DNA from: Planctomycetota bacterium
Lineage (GTDB): Bacteria > Planctomycetota > PLA2 > JAEUHO01
NCBI GenBank assembly: GCA_050248855.1
Contig: JBFWRP010000045.1
Span: 1-21,304 of the forward strand
Reading direction: 5' to 3'
DNA length: 21,304 nucleotides
The notes below the pieces were generated by a model. That model was given only the letters and a program-made list of their open reading frames with translations. It ran no database searches and was not told where the DNA came from. Position numbers and translations under genes: made by a program. Shown one piece after another: positions 1 through 7,520 of this stretch (the first letter of the stretch is position 1; every line of letters starts with the position of its first letter).

Positions 1-762
1 TTCGCTCCGAGGCACAGGTTCAGACACCTCCTCGCGATTCGCCGGCCGGCGAACTGCGGTGTCAGAGCGAGCCCGGATGTGTCAGGACCCACGACGCGGC
101 GCCGCGACGCGGCAACGTGGGCGCGGTGCCTGACACGTAGGGGACGCGGTTCGCCGGCCGGCGAACTGCGGTGTCAGAGCGAGCCCGGATGTGTCAGGAC
201 CCTCGCCGCGGCGCCGCGCAGCGGCAACGTGGGCAAGGTGCCTGACACGCAGGGGACGCGGTTCGCCGGCCGGCGAACGACGCACTTCGGTGTCTGACAC
301 CGTGCCACCGTCGCTTCGCTCCGAGGCACAGGTTCAGACACCTCCGCGCGCCTCGCGATTCGCCGGCCGGCGAACTGCGGTGTCAGAGCGAACCCGGATG
401 TGTCAGGACCCTTGCCGCGGCGCCGCGCAGCGGCAACGTGGGCAAGGTGCCTGACACGTAGGGGACGCGGTTCGCCGGCCGGCGAACGACGCACTTCGGT
501 GTCTGGTCACTCCACGCTCGTTCCGCGCTCCCGCGCGGATTCGGCGCTCGGGCTACGCCCTCGCGGCAGGGGGGGGGTGTTCCGGTCCGCCATCTTCCGC
601 CCGCGCAAAGGAAGAGTTCCTCGGAGCGCCGCAGAGCAGCTGTTCCGCGCTCCCGCGCGGACTCGGTGCTCCGGCTTCGCCTCCGCAGCAGGGGGGCTAT
701 TCCGTACCCCCCCTGCACCCCTCACGGTGCTCCGAGGGACGGGTTCAGACACCTCCGCGCGG
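1..762. repeat. Modular palindromic repeat mosaic (REP/BIME/REPIN-like), truncated at window start
   Basis: Perfect 16-bp palindrome TTCGCCGGCCGGCGAA at 38, 150, 262, 359 and 471 (periods 112, 112, 97, 112). It alternates with near-identical module A (GTGTCAGG...CCTGACAC hairpin) or module B (GGTGTCTGA...TCAGACACC hairpin). The mosaic ends next to the stop codon at 763. Confidence 0.9.
521..727. repeat. Two related hairpin-rich units (from 521 and 643) lying inside a module-B copy
   Basis: TTCCGCGCTCCCGCGCGGA(T/C)TCGG(C/T)GCTC begins at both 521 and 643. The flanks 487-505 and 729-761 match the left and right parts of module B (278-350). Confidence 0.8.
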
Positions 763-2232
763 CTAGCGGATCTTCTCGAGCATCTCGGGAGCGTCGGGGA
801 CGAGCTCGCGGGGGTAGCGGCGAAGGATCGTCTGCAGCTTGCGAATGGCGTCCTGACGTTGGCCGGTGTCGATGAGATCGCGCGCCGAGCGCATGTCGGC
901 CTCGACCTCCGTGCGAGCCGTGTTCAGGATGTCGTTCTTCCACTGCCGGATCGTGGCTTCGAGATCGGTCCAAGCCTCGCGCGTCATGCGCAGGCGGGCG
1001 ATGCCCTCCAGGTCGCCAAGGCGCTCGATGGCCTTGTGGTAGAAGCGCGAGGCCACCAACGCCTCGACGGCCGGGGTCACCTCCTGCTTGGCGCGGTAGG
1101 ACGTGTACTCGGGATCGGGGTGCTCGCGCAGCAGCTGCCGGTAGTGCTGCATGGTCTCGTCTTCCCCGGCCACGAGGTGCTTGACGGCCAGCGTTCCGGG
1201 ATAACGGTCCATCCACTCGTGGATGCGCTGCACCGTCTGCGTGTCCGTCATGGCATCCACGGGATGCAGGGTCGGGCTCCAGCTCTTGCGGAGGATCTGC
1301 TTGTCCCAGAACTCGCGGGACTCGTCCTCGAGCCGCTGGGTCTGGAGGCTCAACATGTGCTGGCGCCACGAGTCCATCTCGTCGCGCAGCAAGTCGTAGT
1401 GCTTGCCGCCGGGGTCGCCCTTCTGCTCGGCGAGACGCAGCGCCCGCTCGAAGCGGTCCGGCGCCTTGCTGCCGCGGACGATGTCGATGCCCTCGTGGAG
1501 GATGTCGCGGTTGCTCGAGGCCGTGCCGCCGAACAGCGTGAAGATCAACGCCCCGAACACGAGCGCGCCGCCGATCACGCCCAGCACGATCCAAGGGTTG
1601 TTGTTCTTGCGGGCCGCGGCACGACGCCCGGGGCGCTCGTCGTCGTAGCCGTCGTCGTAGCCGTCGTCGTACGTGTCGCGACGACGCGTCGGCGCCGTGC
1701 GGGTCGGCGCGCTGCGGACAGGTGCCGTCGGGGCAAGTGTGGCCGCCACGGCCGGTGCGGCGACCGCGGCCGGCTTGGCAGGCGCGGCGGGCTCGGCAGG
1801 CACCGGCTTGACCGGCACGGCAGCGGGCTTCGCGGGCACGGCCGCCGGCTTGGCGGGCACGGCCTTCACCGCCACGGGGGGTGCGGCCGCCTTGGCCCCC
1901 ACCACCTTGGGCTTGGCCACCTTGGCCACGGGAGGACCCTGCTCGGCGCCGTCGGCGGCATACGTCAGCGTGGCCTCGCCGACGCGGATCGTGTCACCAT
2001 CCATGAGCCAGCGCTGGTTCAAGGCACGACCGTTGACGACGGTGCCGTTCAAGCTCTCGAGGTCGACGAGCTTCATGCGACCCCGCACCCGGCGGACCAC
2101 GGCGTGGTGCTTGCTGACGCCGTTGGCCGTGAGCTGCACCGAGTTGGCGGCGCCACGTCCGATGGTGACCTCGGGGTCGAGGATGTCGTACTCGACGGGC
2201 TCGCCCGCCTCCTGGATCGTCAATCGGGGCAT
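763..2232 (-). CDS. Membrane-anchored FHA domain protein (N-terminal FHA, Pro/Ala/Lys-rich linker, one TM helix, helical C-terminal region)
   Basis: FHA motifs IGRG...VSKHHA...DLESLNGT. Hydrophobic stretch WIVLGVIGGALVFGALIFTLF. ATG at 2232 preceded by GGAG; the ORF-track start at 2277 is probably too far upstream. Confidence 0.85.
   Translation of the reverse strand: MPRLTIQEAGEPVEYDILDPEVTIGRGAANSVQLTANGVSKHHAVVRRVRGRMKLVDLESLNGTVVNGRALNQRWLMDGDTIRVGEATLTYAADGAEQGPPVAKVAKPKVVGAKAAAPPVAVKAVPAKPAAVPAKPAAVPVKPVPAEPAAPAKPAAVAAPAVAATLAPTAPVRSAPTRTAPTRRRDTYDDGYDDGYDDERPGRRAAARKNNNPWIVLGVIGGALVFGALIFTLFGGTASSNRDILHEGIDIVRGSKAPDRFERALRLAEQKGDPGGKHYDLLRDEMDSWRQHMLSLQTQRLEDESREFWDKQILRKSWSPTLHPVDAMTDTQTVQRIHEWMDRYPGTLAVKHLVAGEDETMQHYRQLLREHPDPEYTSYRAKQEVTPAVEALVASRFYHKAIERLGDLEGIARLRMTREAWTDLEATIRQWKNDILNTARTEVEADMRSARDLIDTGQRQDAIRKLQTILRRYPRELVPDAPEMLEKIR
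1639..1671. repeat. In-frame 12-bp tandem repeat (GTCGTCGTAGCC x2.75) encoding YDDGYDDGYDD
   Basis: Seen directly, just N-terminal of the TM helix. Confidence 0.85.
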
Positions 2233-2251
2233 CGTCGTCTCCGGGATCGGC

Positions 2252-2257
2252 ACTCTA
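2252..2257 (-). promoter_or_regulatory. Possible sigma70-type -10 element (TAGAGT) for the FHA gene
   Basis: TAnnnT hexamer about 20 bp upstream of ATG 2232; no clear -35. Confidence 0.3.
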
Positions 2258-2301
2258 CGGCAACAGGGACCGGACACCCCGCGTGGGCGCGACGCCGACT
2301 C

Positions 2302-5244
2302 TCACCGGCCCGTCGTCGGGGGCGTCCGGCCGCCAGGCGTGCCGACGTCCGTCGTGGGGGCGACCTTGGGCGGCGCGCCCCCGCCGCCCCCGAAGTTCTG
2401 CGTCCAACGCCGGGCCATGTAGCCGACGCCCAGGTCCTCCCACGGACTCAGGATGTTGCGGTGGTGGCCGCTGGACGTGCACCAGGCCTTGTGCGCGTTG
2501 AGCGGGCTGTCGTTCATCGCGATGTTCTCCGACATCGCCCATCCCTGGTAGCCGTTCGCGTTCATGCGCTCTTGAGGCGTCGTGGTGCCCGCTCCCGTTT
2601 CGGGGTTGGGCGGCGCGAAGTGGCTGAAGTAGCCGCGACGCATCATGTCCTCGCTGTGGGCCCGAGCCGCCAGGACGAGACGATTGTCGACGCGGACGGC
2701 GCGAATCGGCGCCATGCGCAGCACCTTGCCTCCATCGAGGACGTCCTTCGCGGTGGCGTCCGTGATCTCGTCGTACGCGCCGGGCCCCGGCTGTACGGCG
2801 GCGGTGAAGCCGATCATGCGCCGGTAGTCGTTGGTGATCGCCACCTGCTCGCGCTCGACGGGCGCGGCCGTCTCGGTGCGTGCCGGGTTGTAGACGTCGC
2901 GCACCCATGCGTCGTAGGCGAGGCGCTCCCGCTCGGCGTCATCGAGGTAGAGATTCTGCACGGTCCAGGTCTCGGGGCCGGCGTAAGCCAGGTACGGCCA
3001 CGCGGCGGCCTCGCGCTCGGGCGTCAGCGCCTGGCCGGCCCGGAGAGCCGCCAACACCTCCTCCAGACGGTCGAGCCTCTTGGCCAGCGCCCCCGTGCGC
3101 TGGATGCGCGCCTTGGTCGCGTCATTCCACAGCGCCTCGACGGCGGCGACACGACGGGCGACTTCGCCCTGCACGGCCTGGTAGGGCTTGCTGCCCTTGT
3201 TGTAGGGGTACGGGTAGTGCGTCTCGTTGAAGATGGCGAGCAGCGCGTACTTGCGGGCTTCGTCCAGCCGCACGCGCACCTCGCGCACCTTCTGCAGCTT
3301 CCTGTAGACCCCGTCCTTGGCGAGGTCGGCCAAGAGCTCGTCGAGCTCGCTGCCAAGCGAGGCCAGTCGCTCCTGCTCGACGGCCCGCTCGTACGCAGGG
3401 CCGTCCAGCAGATCGCCGGCGTGCAGGCGGTAGCCGCCCTCGGGCGGCGCGGCGAGGCCGTAGAGATGTCGCGCCACCACGCGATCGGCCAGCGCCCGAT
3501 CGCCGAGCTCCCCCGTGTAGACGGGCGCCAGCGCCTCCACGGCATCGGCACGACGGTCGAGCGCGGCGGCCAGGACGGCCACGCCAAGCCGCGACTCGAA
3601 CGTCAGCGGCGTGGGCTCGAGCAACGTGAGCACGTCGTCGGCCGTCAGCGCTCCCCACAGGTGCGGGGCCGGCTCGCCGTCGCCCGCGCGCCACGTGACG
3701 GTGTCGCCATCGGCCGCGACCACCGTGATCCGACCGAGCGAGATCTTGAAGGTCGGCGGGTTGCCCGCCGCACGCGACGAGAGCGTCTCGGCGAGCGCCA
3801 AGATCCGGTCCAGGTCCTCGACGTGGGCCCGCGCGTCGACCGCGAGGTCGGGACCCGCGGCCCCATCGGCAAGGGACGCGAAGGCCGCGCGCGCCGAGCC
3901 CCAGCGGCGCTGCGACATGTCCTCGCGCGCACCGCCAAGGCGGGCCAAGGCGTCCGCGGGAATCGTGCCGCCCGGAGGGCGTGCCGTCGGGGGGCGGTCG
4001 GGGCCCGCCGTGGGCGCGGCGGGCGTCGGGCCCGACGGCGTCGGCGCCTCCGTCGGGCCGCTGCGCAAAGTGCTTCGCACCTGCTCGGCGATCAAGCGCT
4101 CGAGAGACGTCCCGGCGAGGTCGCGGGTGGCCTCGATCAGCAGGTCGAGGCGTGCCTCGGGCGGCGCCTGGCCCACCGCGGCCCGCGCCTCGTCGTAGCG
4201 CGCGCGCGACGCCGCTTCGACCTGCTCCTTCAACCGTCCCCAGCGTGCGACGGCAACCGGGGAGAAGCCCGTTCGACGCTCGCCGAGCGCGCTGACCAGC
4301 GCCTCGGCTCGGCCGTAGCGACGGGCCGCGAGAGCCGCCTCGACGCCGGAGGCGACCGCCGCGAGGTGCGCAGCCTCGGCCTCCTCCTGCGTGCGGTCGG
4401 CCACCAACAGCGCGTCGGCCACGCGGTCGGCGAGCACCTTGTCGGCGGCGACTTCCGTGCGCAGGCGCAGGAGATCGATGCGCGCATCGGCCAGGGCATC
4501 GGGGCCCAAGCGTCCGAGCACCGCACCCAGGCGCCGCTCGGAGGCATCGTGTCGCTCGACGGCGCTTCGCGCCGCGGCCGCGTGCCTCGCCAGCAGCGAA
4601 GCCTCGGGCGTGCCCTCGTGACGCGCGACGAACGCGTCGGCCTTCTCCGCGAAGGCATCGCCCGAAGCGCGCTCGGCGAGGACGTCGAGCGCTTCCTGGC
4701 GCAGGGACGCCCGCTCGGCCAGGCGACGGGCCGGGCCGCCGAACCAGCTGTCTGCCCCCCACCCCAGGACCGCGGCCAGCGCGATGAGGACGCCGCCCTT
4801 GACCAGGGCCGAGGCGTCGAGCCCGGCCGGAGGCGGGGCCGGACGCTCCCGCCGCGGGCGCGGCTCCTCCGGGGGAGGCTCCTCCAGCGGGGCGGGCGCC
4901 GGCTTGTCGCCCACGCTCCGCACGGTGAGCAAGGTGGACGCCACGAGCGCCTCGGCGCGTCCCCCGAGGTCGATGCGCGTCGCGCCGATGCGCACGCTGT
5001 CGCCGTCGGCCAGACGCCGGCGCAGGATGCGTTGCTCGCCGACCCAGGTGCCGTTGGCCGAGGCGAGGTCCTCGACGATCCAGCCGCCCTCCTCCAGCGG
5101 GAGCACGCGAGCGTGGCGGCGCGACGCGCGAGGCTCCGTCACGAACGCTTCGGCATCCTCGGCGCGCCCGACGATGGCCCCCGCAGGGCCGACCTCGAGG
5201 CTACGGACCGGCTCGCCCGGGGCGTGGATGTCGATGCGCGGCAT
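2302..5244 (-). CDS. FHA domain + TM + long helical region + C-terminal CAP/SCP (cysteine-rich secretory protein family) domain protein
   Basis: FHA motifs VGRA...ASRRHA...DLASANGT. TM segment GGVLIALAAVLGWG. CAP motifs AARAHSEDM..RGYFSH, ENIA, W..SSGHHRNIL, GVG..WTQNFG. RBS GGAGGAG at 5249-5255. Confidence 0.85.
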   Translation of the reverse strand: MPRIDIHAPGEPVRSLEVGPAGAIVGRAEDAEAFVTEPRASRRHARVLPLEEGGWIVEDLASANGTWVGEQRILRRRLADGDSVRIGATRIDLGGRAEALVASTLLTVRSVGDKPAPAPLEEPPPEEPRPRRERPAPPPAGLDASALVKGGVLIALAAVLGWGADSWFGGPARRLAERASLRQEALDVLAERASGDAFAEKADAFVARHEGTPEASLLARHAAAARSAVERHDASERRLGAVLGRLGPDALADARIDLLRLRTEVAADKVLADRVADALLVADRTQEEAEAAHLAAVASGVEAALAARRYGRAEALVSALGERRTGFSPVAVARWGRLKEQVEAASRARYDEARAAVGQAPPEARLDLLIEATRDLAGTSLERLIAEQVRSTLRSGPTEAPTPSGPTPAAPTAGPDRPPTARPPGGTIPADALARLGGAREDMSQRRWGSARAAFASLADGAAGPDLAVDARAHVEDLDRILALAETLSSRAAGNPPTFKISLGRITVVAADGDTVTWRAGDGEPAPHLWGALTADDVLTLLEPTPLTFESRLGVAVLAAALDRRADAVEALAPVYTGELGDRALADRVVARHLYGLAAPPEGGYRLHAGDLLDGPAYERAVEQERLASLGSELDELLADLAKDGVYRKLQKVREVRVRLDEARKYALLAIFNETHYPYPYNKGSKPYQAVQGEVARRVAAVEALWNDATKARIQRTGALAKRLDRLEEVLAALRAGQALTPEREAAAWPYLAYAGPETWTVQNLYLDDAERERLAYDAWVRDVYNPARTETAAPVEREQVAITNDYRRMIGFTAAVQPGPGAYDEITDATAKDVLDGGKVLRMAPIRAVRVDNRLVLAARAHSEDMMRRGYFSHFAPPNPETGAGTTTPQERMNANGYQGWAMSENIAMNDSPLNAHKAWCTSSGHHRNILSPWEDLGVGYMARRWTQNFGGGGGAPPKVAPTTDVGTPGGRTPPTTGR

Positions 5245-5268
5245 GCGGCTCCTCCGCCCGCGGCCAGG

Positions 5269-5283
5269 GCAAGCGGCGTGCCG
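5269..5283 (-). promoter_or_regulatory. Sigma54 (RpoN) -24/-12 promoter
   Basis: Minus strand reads CGGCACG-CCGC-TTGC against consensus TGGCACG-N4-TTGC, with exact GG-N10-GC spacing. Predicted start of transcription near 5257, just upstream of the RBS of 2302..5244. Confidence 0.7.
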
Positions 5284-5417
5284 CCGCCCTCCCCGACGGC
5301 CAGGCGGTCCAAGCCCGGAAGACCGGGCCCAGGGACCCGCGCCGGGATTCCGCCACGCGGCGCCGGATGTGCGACGTCAAGGCGACCGGCGCCGCTTCGC
5401 GTGCCGCAGGCCGGCCG

Positions 5418-7520
5418 CTATGTGCGGCGCACTTCCAGGCCGTAGAGGTCGATCTTGGCGTCCAGCGTGGGCCGCGAGATCCCGAGCAGCCGCGCCGCAC
5501 GGGCTTTCCGCCCTTCGGACTTGGCCAGGGCGGCACGGATGACTCGGCTCTCCAGCGCCTCGGTCACCTCCTTGACCATCTCCTTGAGCGACCGCTCGCC
5601 CAGATCCTCCACGGGCGCGTCGCCGAGCTCGGTCCCGGCCCCGCGCACGGCGGGGCTGAGGATGAGGGGGACGATGACCTTGTCGCTGAGCGCGGCCGCG
5701 CGCTGGACCTCGTTGCGCAGCTCGCGGACGTTGCCGGGCCAGCGGTAGGCGCAAAGCGCCTTCATGGCCTCCTCGCTGACCGTGCGCGGCGCGCCCTTGC
5801 GCGCGGCCTCCTCCAAGAAGTGCTCGACGAGCAGGGGGATGTCCTCACGCCGGTCGCGCAGGGGCGGCAGCGTGACGGAGATCACGTTGAGCCGGTAGAA
5901 GAGGTCCTCGCGGAAGCGACCCTGCTCGCACAGCGAGCGCAGATCCTGGTTGCTCGCCGCGACGATGCGCACGTCCAGCGAGATGCTCTGGCGGCCGCCG
6001 ATGCGACGGATCTCGCCCTCCTGCAACGCCCGCAGCAGCTTCTTCTGCATGTCGAGCGGCATGTCGCCGATCTCGTCGAGCAACAGCGTGCCGCCGTTGG
6101 CCGCCTCGAAAAGCCCCTTGCGATCGGCCGTGGCACCGGTGAAGGAGCCCTTCGTGTAGCCGAAGAGCTCGCTCTCGAGCAACGTCTCGGGGATGGCCGC
6201 ACAGTTCTCGCTGACGAAGGGGCCGTTCTTGCGGGCGCCGTTGAAGTGCAGCGCACGCGCGACGAGCTCCTTCCCCGTGCCGCTCTCGCCGTGGATCAGC
6301 ACGGGCACGTCGCTGTCGGTCACCTTGTCGAGCAGGCGGAACACCTCCCGCATGGGACGGCTGGCCGCCACGATGTTGGCGTAGCTGTACTTGAGCGGAG
6401 CCTCGTCGCGTTCGCGCAGGACCTGCTCGCGCACTTCCATCAGCTCGGCGCTGGTCTGGGCCACGCGGTCGGTGAGGATGCGGTTGAGCTCCTCGACCTC
6501 GCTCTTGGCCGCCGTGAGCTCGGCCAGGCGTCGGTCGTTCTCGGCGTGCAGGGCCGCGCTACGGAGCGCCACGGCGGCTTGGTCGGCGAAGAAGCCGATC
6601 AGCGGCAGCTGGCGTTCGAGGAACAGCCCGCGCTCGAAGCGGTGGTCCAGCACGATGGTGCCCGCCGGGCTGGACGCGTTGCCCGCGCCGGGAACGGGCA
6701 CCGCGAGAATCGAACGCAGCTGCAGATCGGCGATGGAGTCGCTTCCCGTGAACCGTTCGTCGACATCGGCATCGGTCACCAAGACGGGCTCGCCCTTGAG
6801 CCGTGCCTGCCGCTCGATCGTGTAGCTGATGCGCCGCGCCGCCTCCTGGACGTCTTCCCGCTCCATGTTGCGAGCGGCCACGATCGTGGGCTCGACCTCC
6901 GCAGCACGCTTGCGGCCCTTGGGGGCCTCGGGGTGCATGAGGAAGAAGCCGCGCTCGGCGCCCGTGAACTCGATGAGGCTGTCGAGCAACAGCTCGAAGA
7001 CGCGCTGCGGTTGGCGATCGTCGACCAAGGCCCGCATGACCGTCTGCAGCAGCTGGGCCGCATGCACCTCCGGGGAGCCGGCCAGGAGATCGGGCAGGCC
7101 GTGCCGCGCGGCCTCCGCCGCGAAGCGTTCGGCGGCTTGGCGCAAGCCCGGCTCGCCCAGCCGGTCGTGGATGCGGCCAGCCAGCCGCCCCACGCCGTCC
7201 AAGAGCTCCTCGGCCGCCTGCGAAGCGCGGTAGACCAGCTCGACGCGCCCCAGGCGCAGGCGATCGCCATCGGCCAGCCGTCGCTGCTGCACGGCGCGGC
7301 CGTTGACGTAGGTGCCGTTGCGGCTCTCCAGGTCCACGACCTTCCAGGCACCGCCGCCCGCCGGCTCGATGCGGCAGTGCCGCGCCGAGAGGGAGCGGTC
7401 GTCCAGCCGGAGGTCGGCCTTCGGATCGCGACCGATCAGGGCCGGGTTGCCGCGCAGCTGGTGGCGCTCGGGTCCGGCCGCGGTCTGGTAGATCAGCAGG
7501 GCGCCATCGCGATCGGGCAT
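5418..7520 (-). CDS. Sigma54-dependent transcriptional activator, FHA-GAF-AAA+-HTH (Fis-type)
   Basis: FHA motifs IGRD...LSARHC...DLESRNGT and a GAF-like region (LRSILAVP). Walker [24 protein letters not shown] (GAFTGA variant), Walker [30 protein letters not shown]-terminal [12 protein letters not shown]. The start overlaps the upstream stop at 7520 (TGATG). Confidence 0.93.
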   Translation of the reverse strand: MPDRDGALLIYQTAAGPERHQLRGNPALIGRDPKADLRLDDRSLSARHCRIEPAGGGAWKVVDLESRNGTYVNGRAVQQRRLADGDRLRLGRVELVYRASQAAEELLDGVGRLAGRIHDRLGEPGLRQAAERFAAEAARHGLPDLLAGSPEVHAAQLLQTVMRALVDDRQPQRVFELLLDSLIEFTGAERGFFLMHPEAPKGRKRAAEVEPTIVAARNMEREDVQEAARRISYTIERQARLKGEPVLVTDADVDERFTGSDSIADLQLRSILAVPVPGAGNASSPAGTIVLDHRFERGLFLERQLPLIGFFADQAAVALRSAALHAENDRRLAELTAAKSEVEELNRILTDRVAQTSAELMEVREQVLRERDEAPLKYSYANIVAASRPMREVFRLLDKVTDSDVPVLIHGESGTGKELVARALHFNGARKNGPFVSENCAAIPETLLESELFGYTKGSFTGATADRKGLFEAANGGTLLLDEIGDMPLDMQKKLLRALQEGEIRRIGGRQSISLDVRIVAASNQDLRSLCEQGRFREDLFYRLNVISVTLPPLRDRREDIPLLVEHFLEEAARKGAPRTVSEEAMKALCAYRWPGNVRELRNEVQRAAALSDKVIVPLILSPAVRGAGTELGDAPVEDLGERSLKEMVKEVTEALESRVIRAALAKSEGRKARAARLLGISRPTLDAKIDLYGLEVRRT

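Noticed and set aside
38..486. CRISPR array (regularly spaced palindromic repeat)
   Set aside because: The repeat is only 16-18 bp, the intervening sequences are 81-96 bp and near-identical rather than unique, and there are no cas genes
79..875. Short ORFs within the left repeat mosaic
   Set aside because: They arise from repeated GC-rich modules; no RBS or protein-like composition
763..5244. Type VI or type III secretion FHA components
   Set aside because: No secretion structural genes nearby, and the architectures do not match TagH or YscD
400..5445. 1681-aa plus-strand ORF
   Set aside because: Antisense shadow of the FHA genes, typical of high-GC DNA; no recognisable motifs
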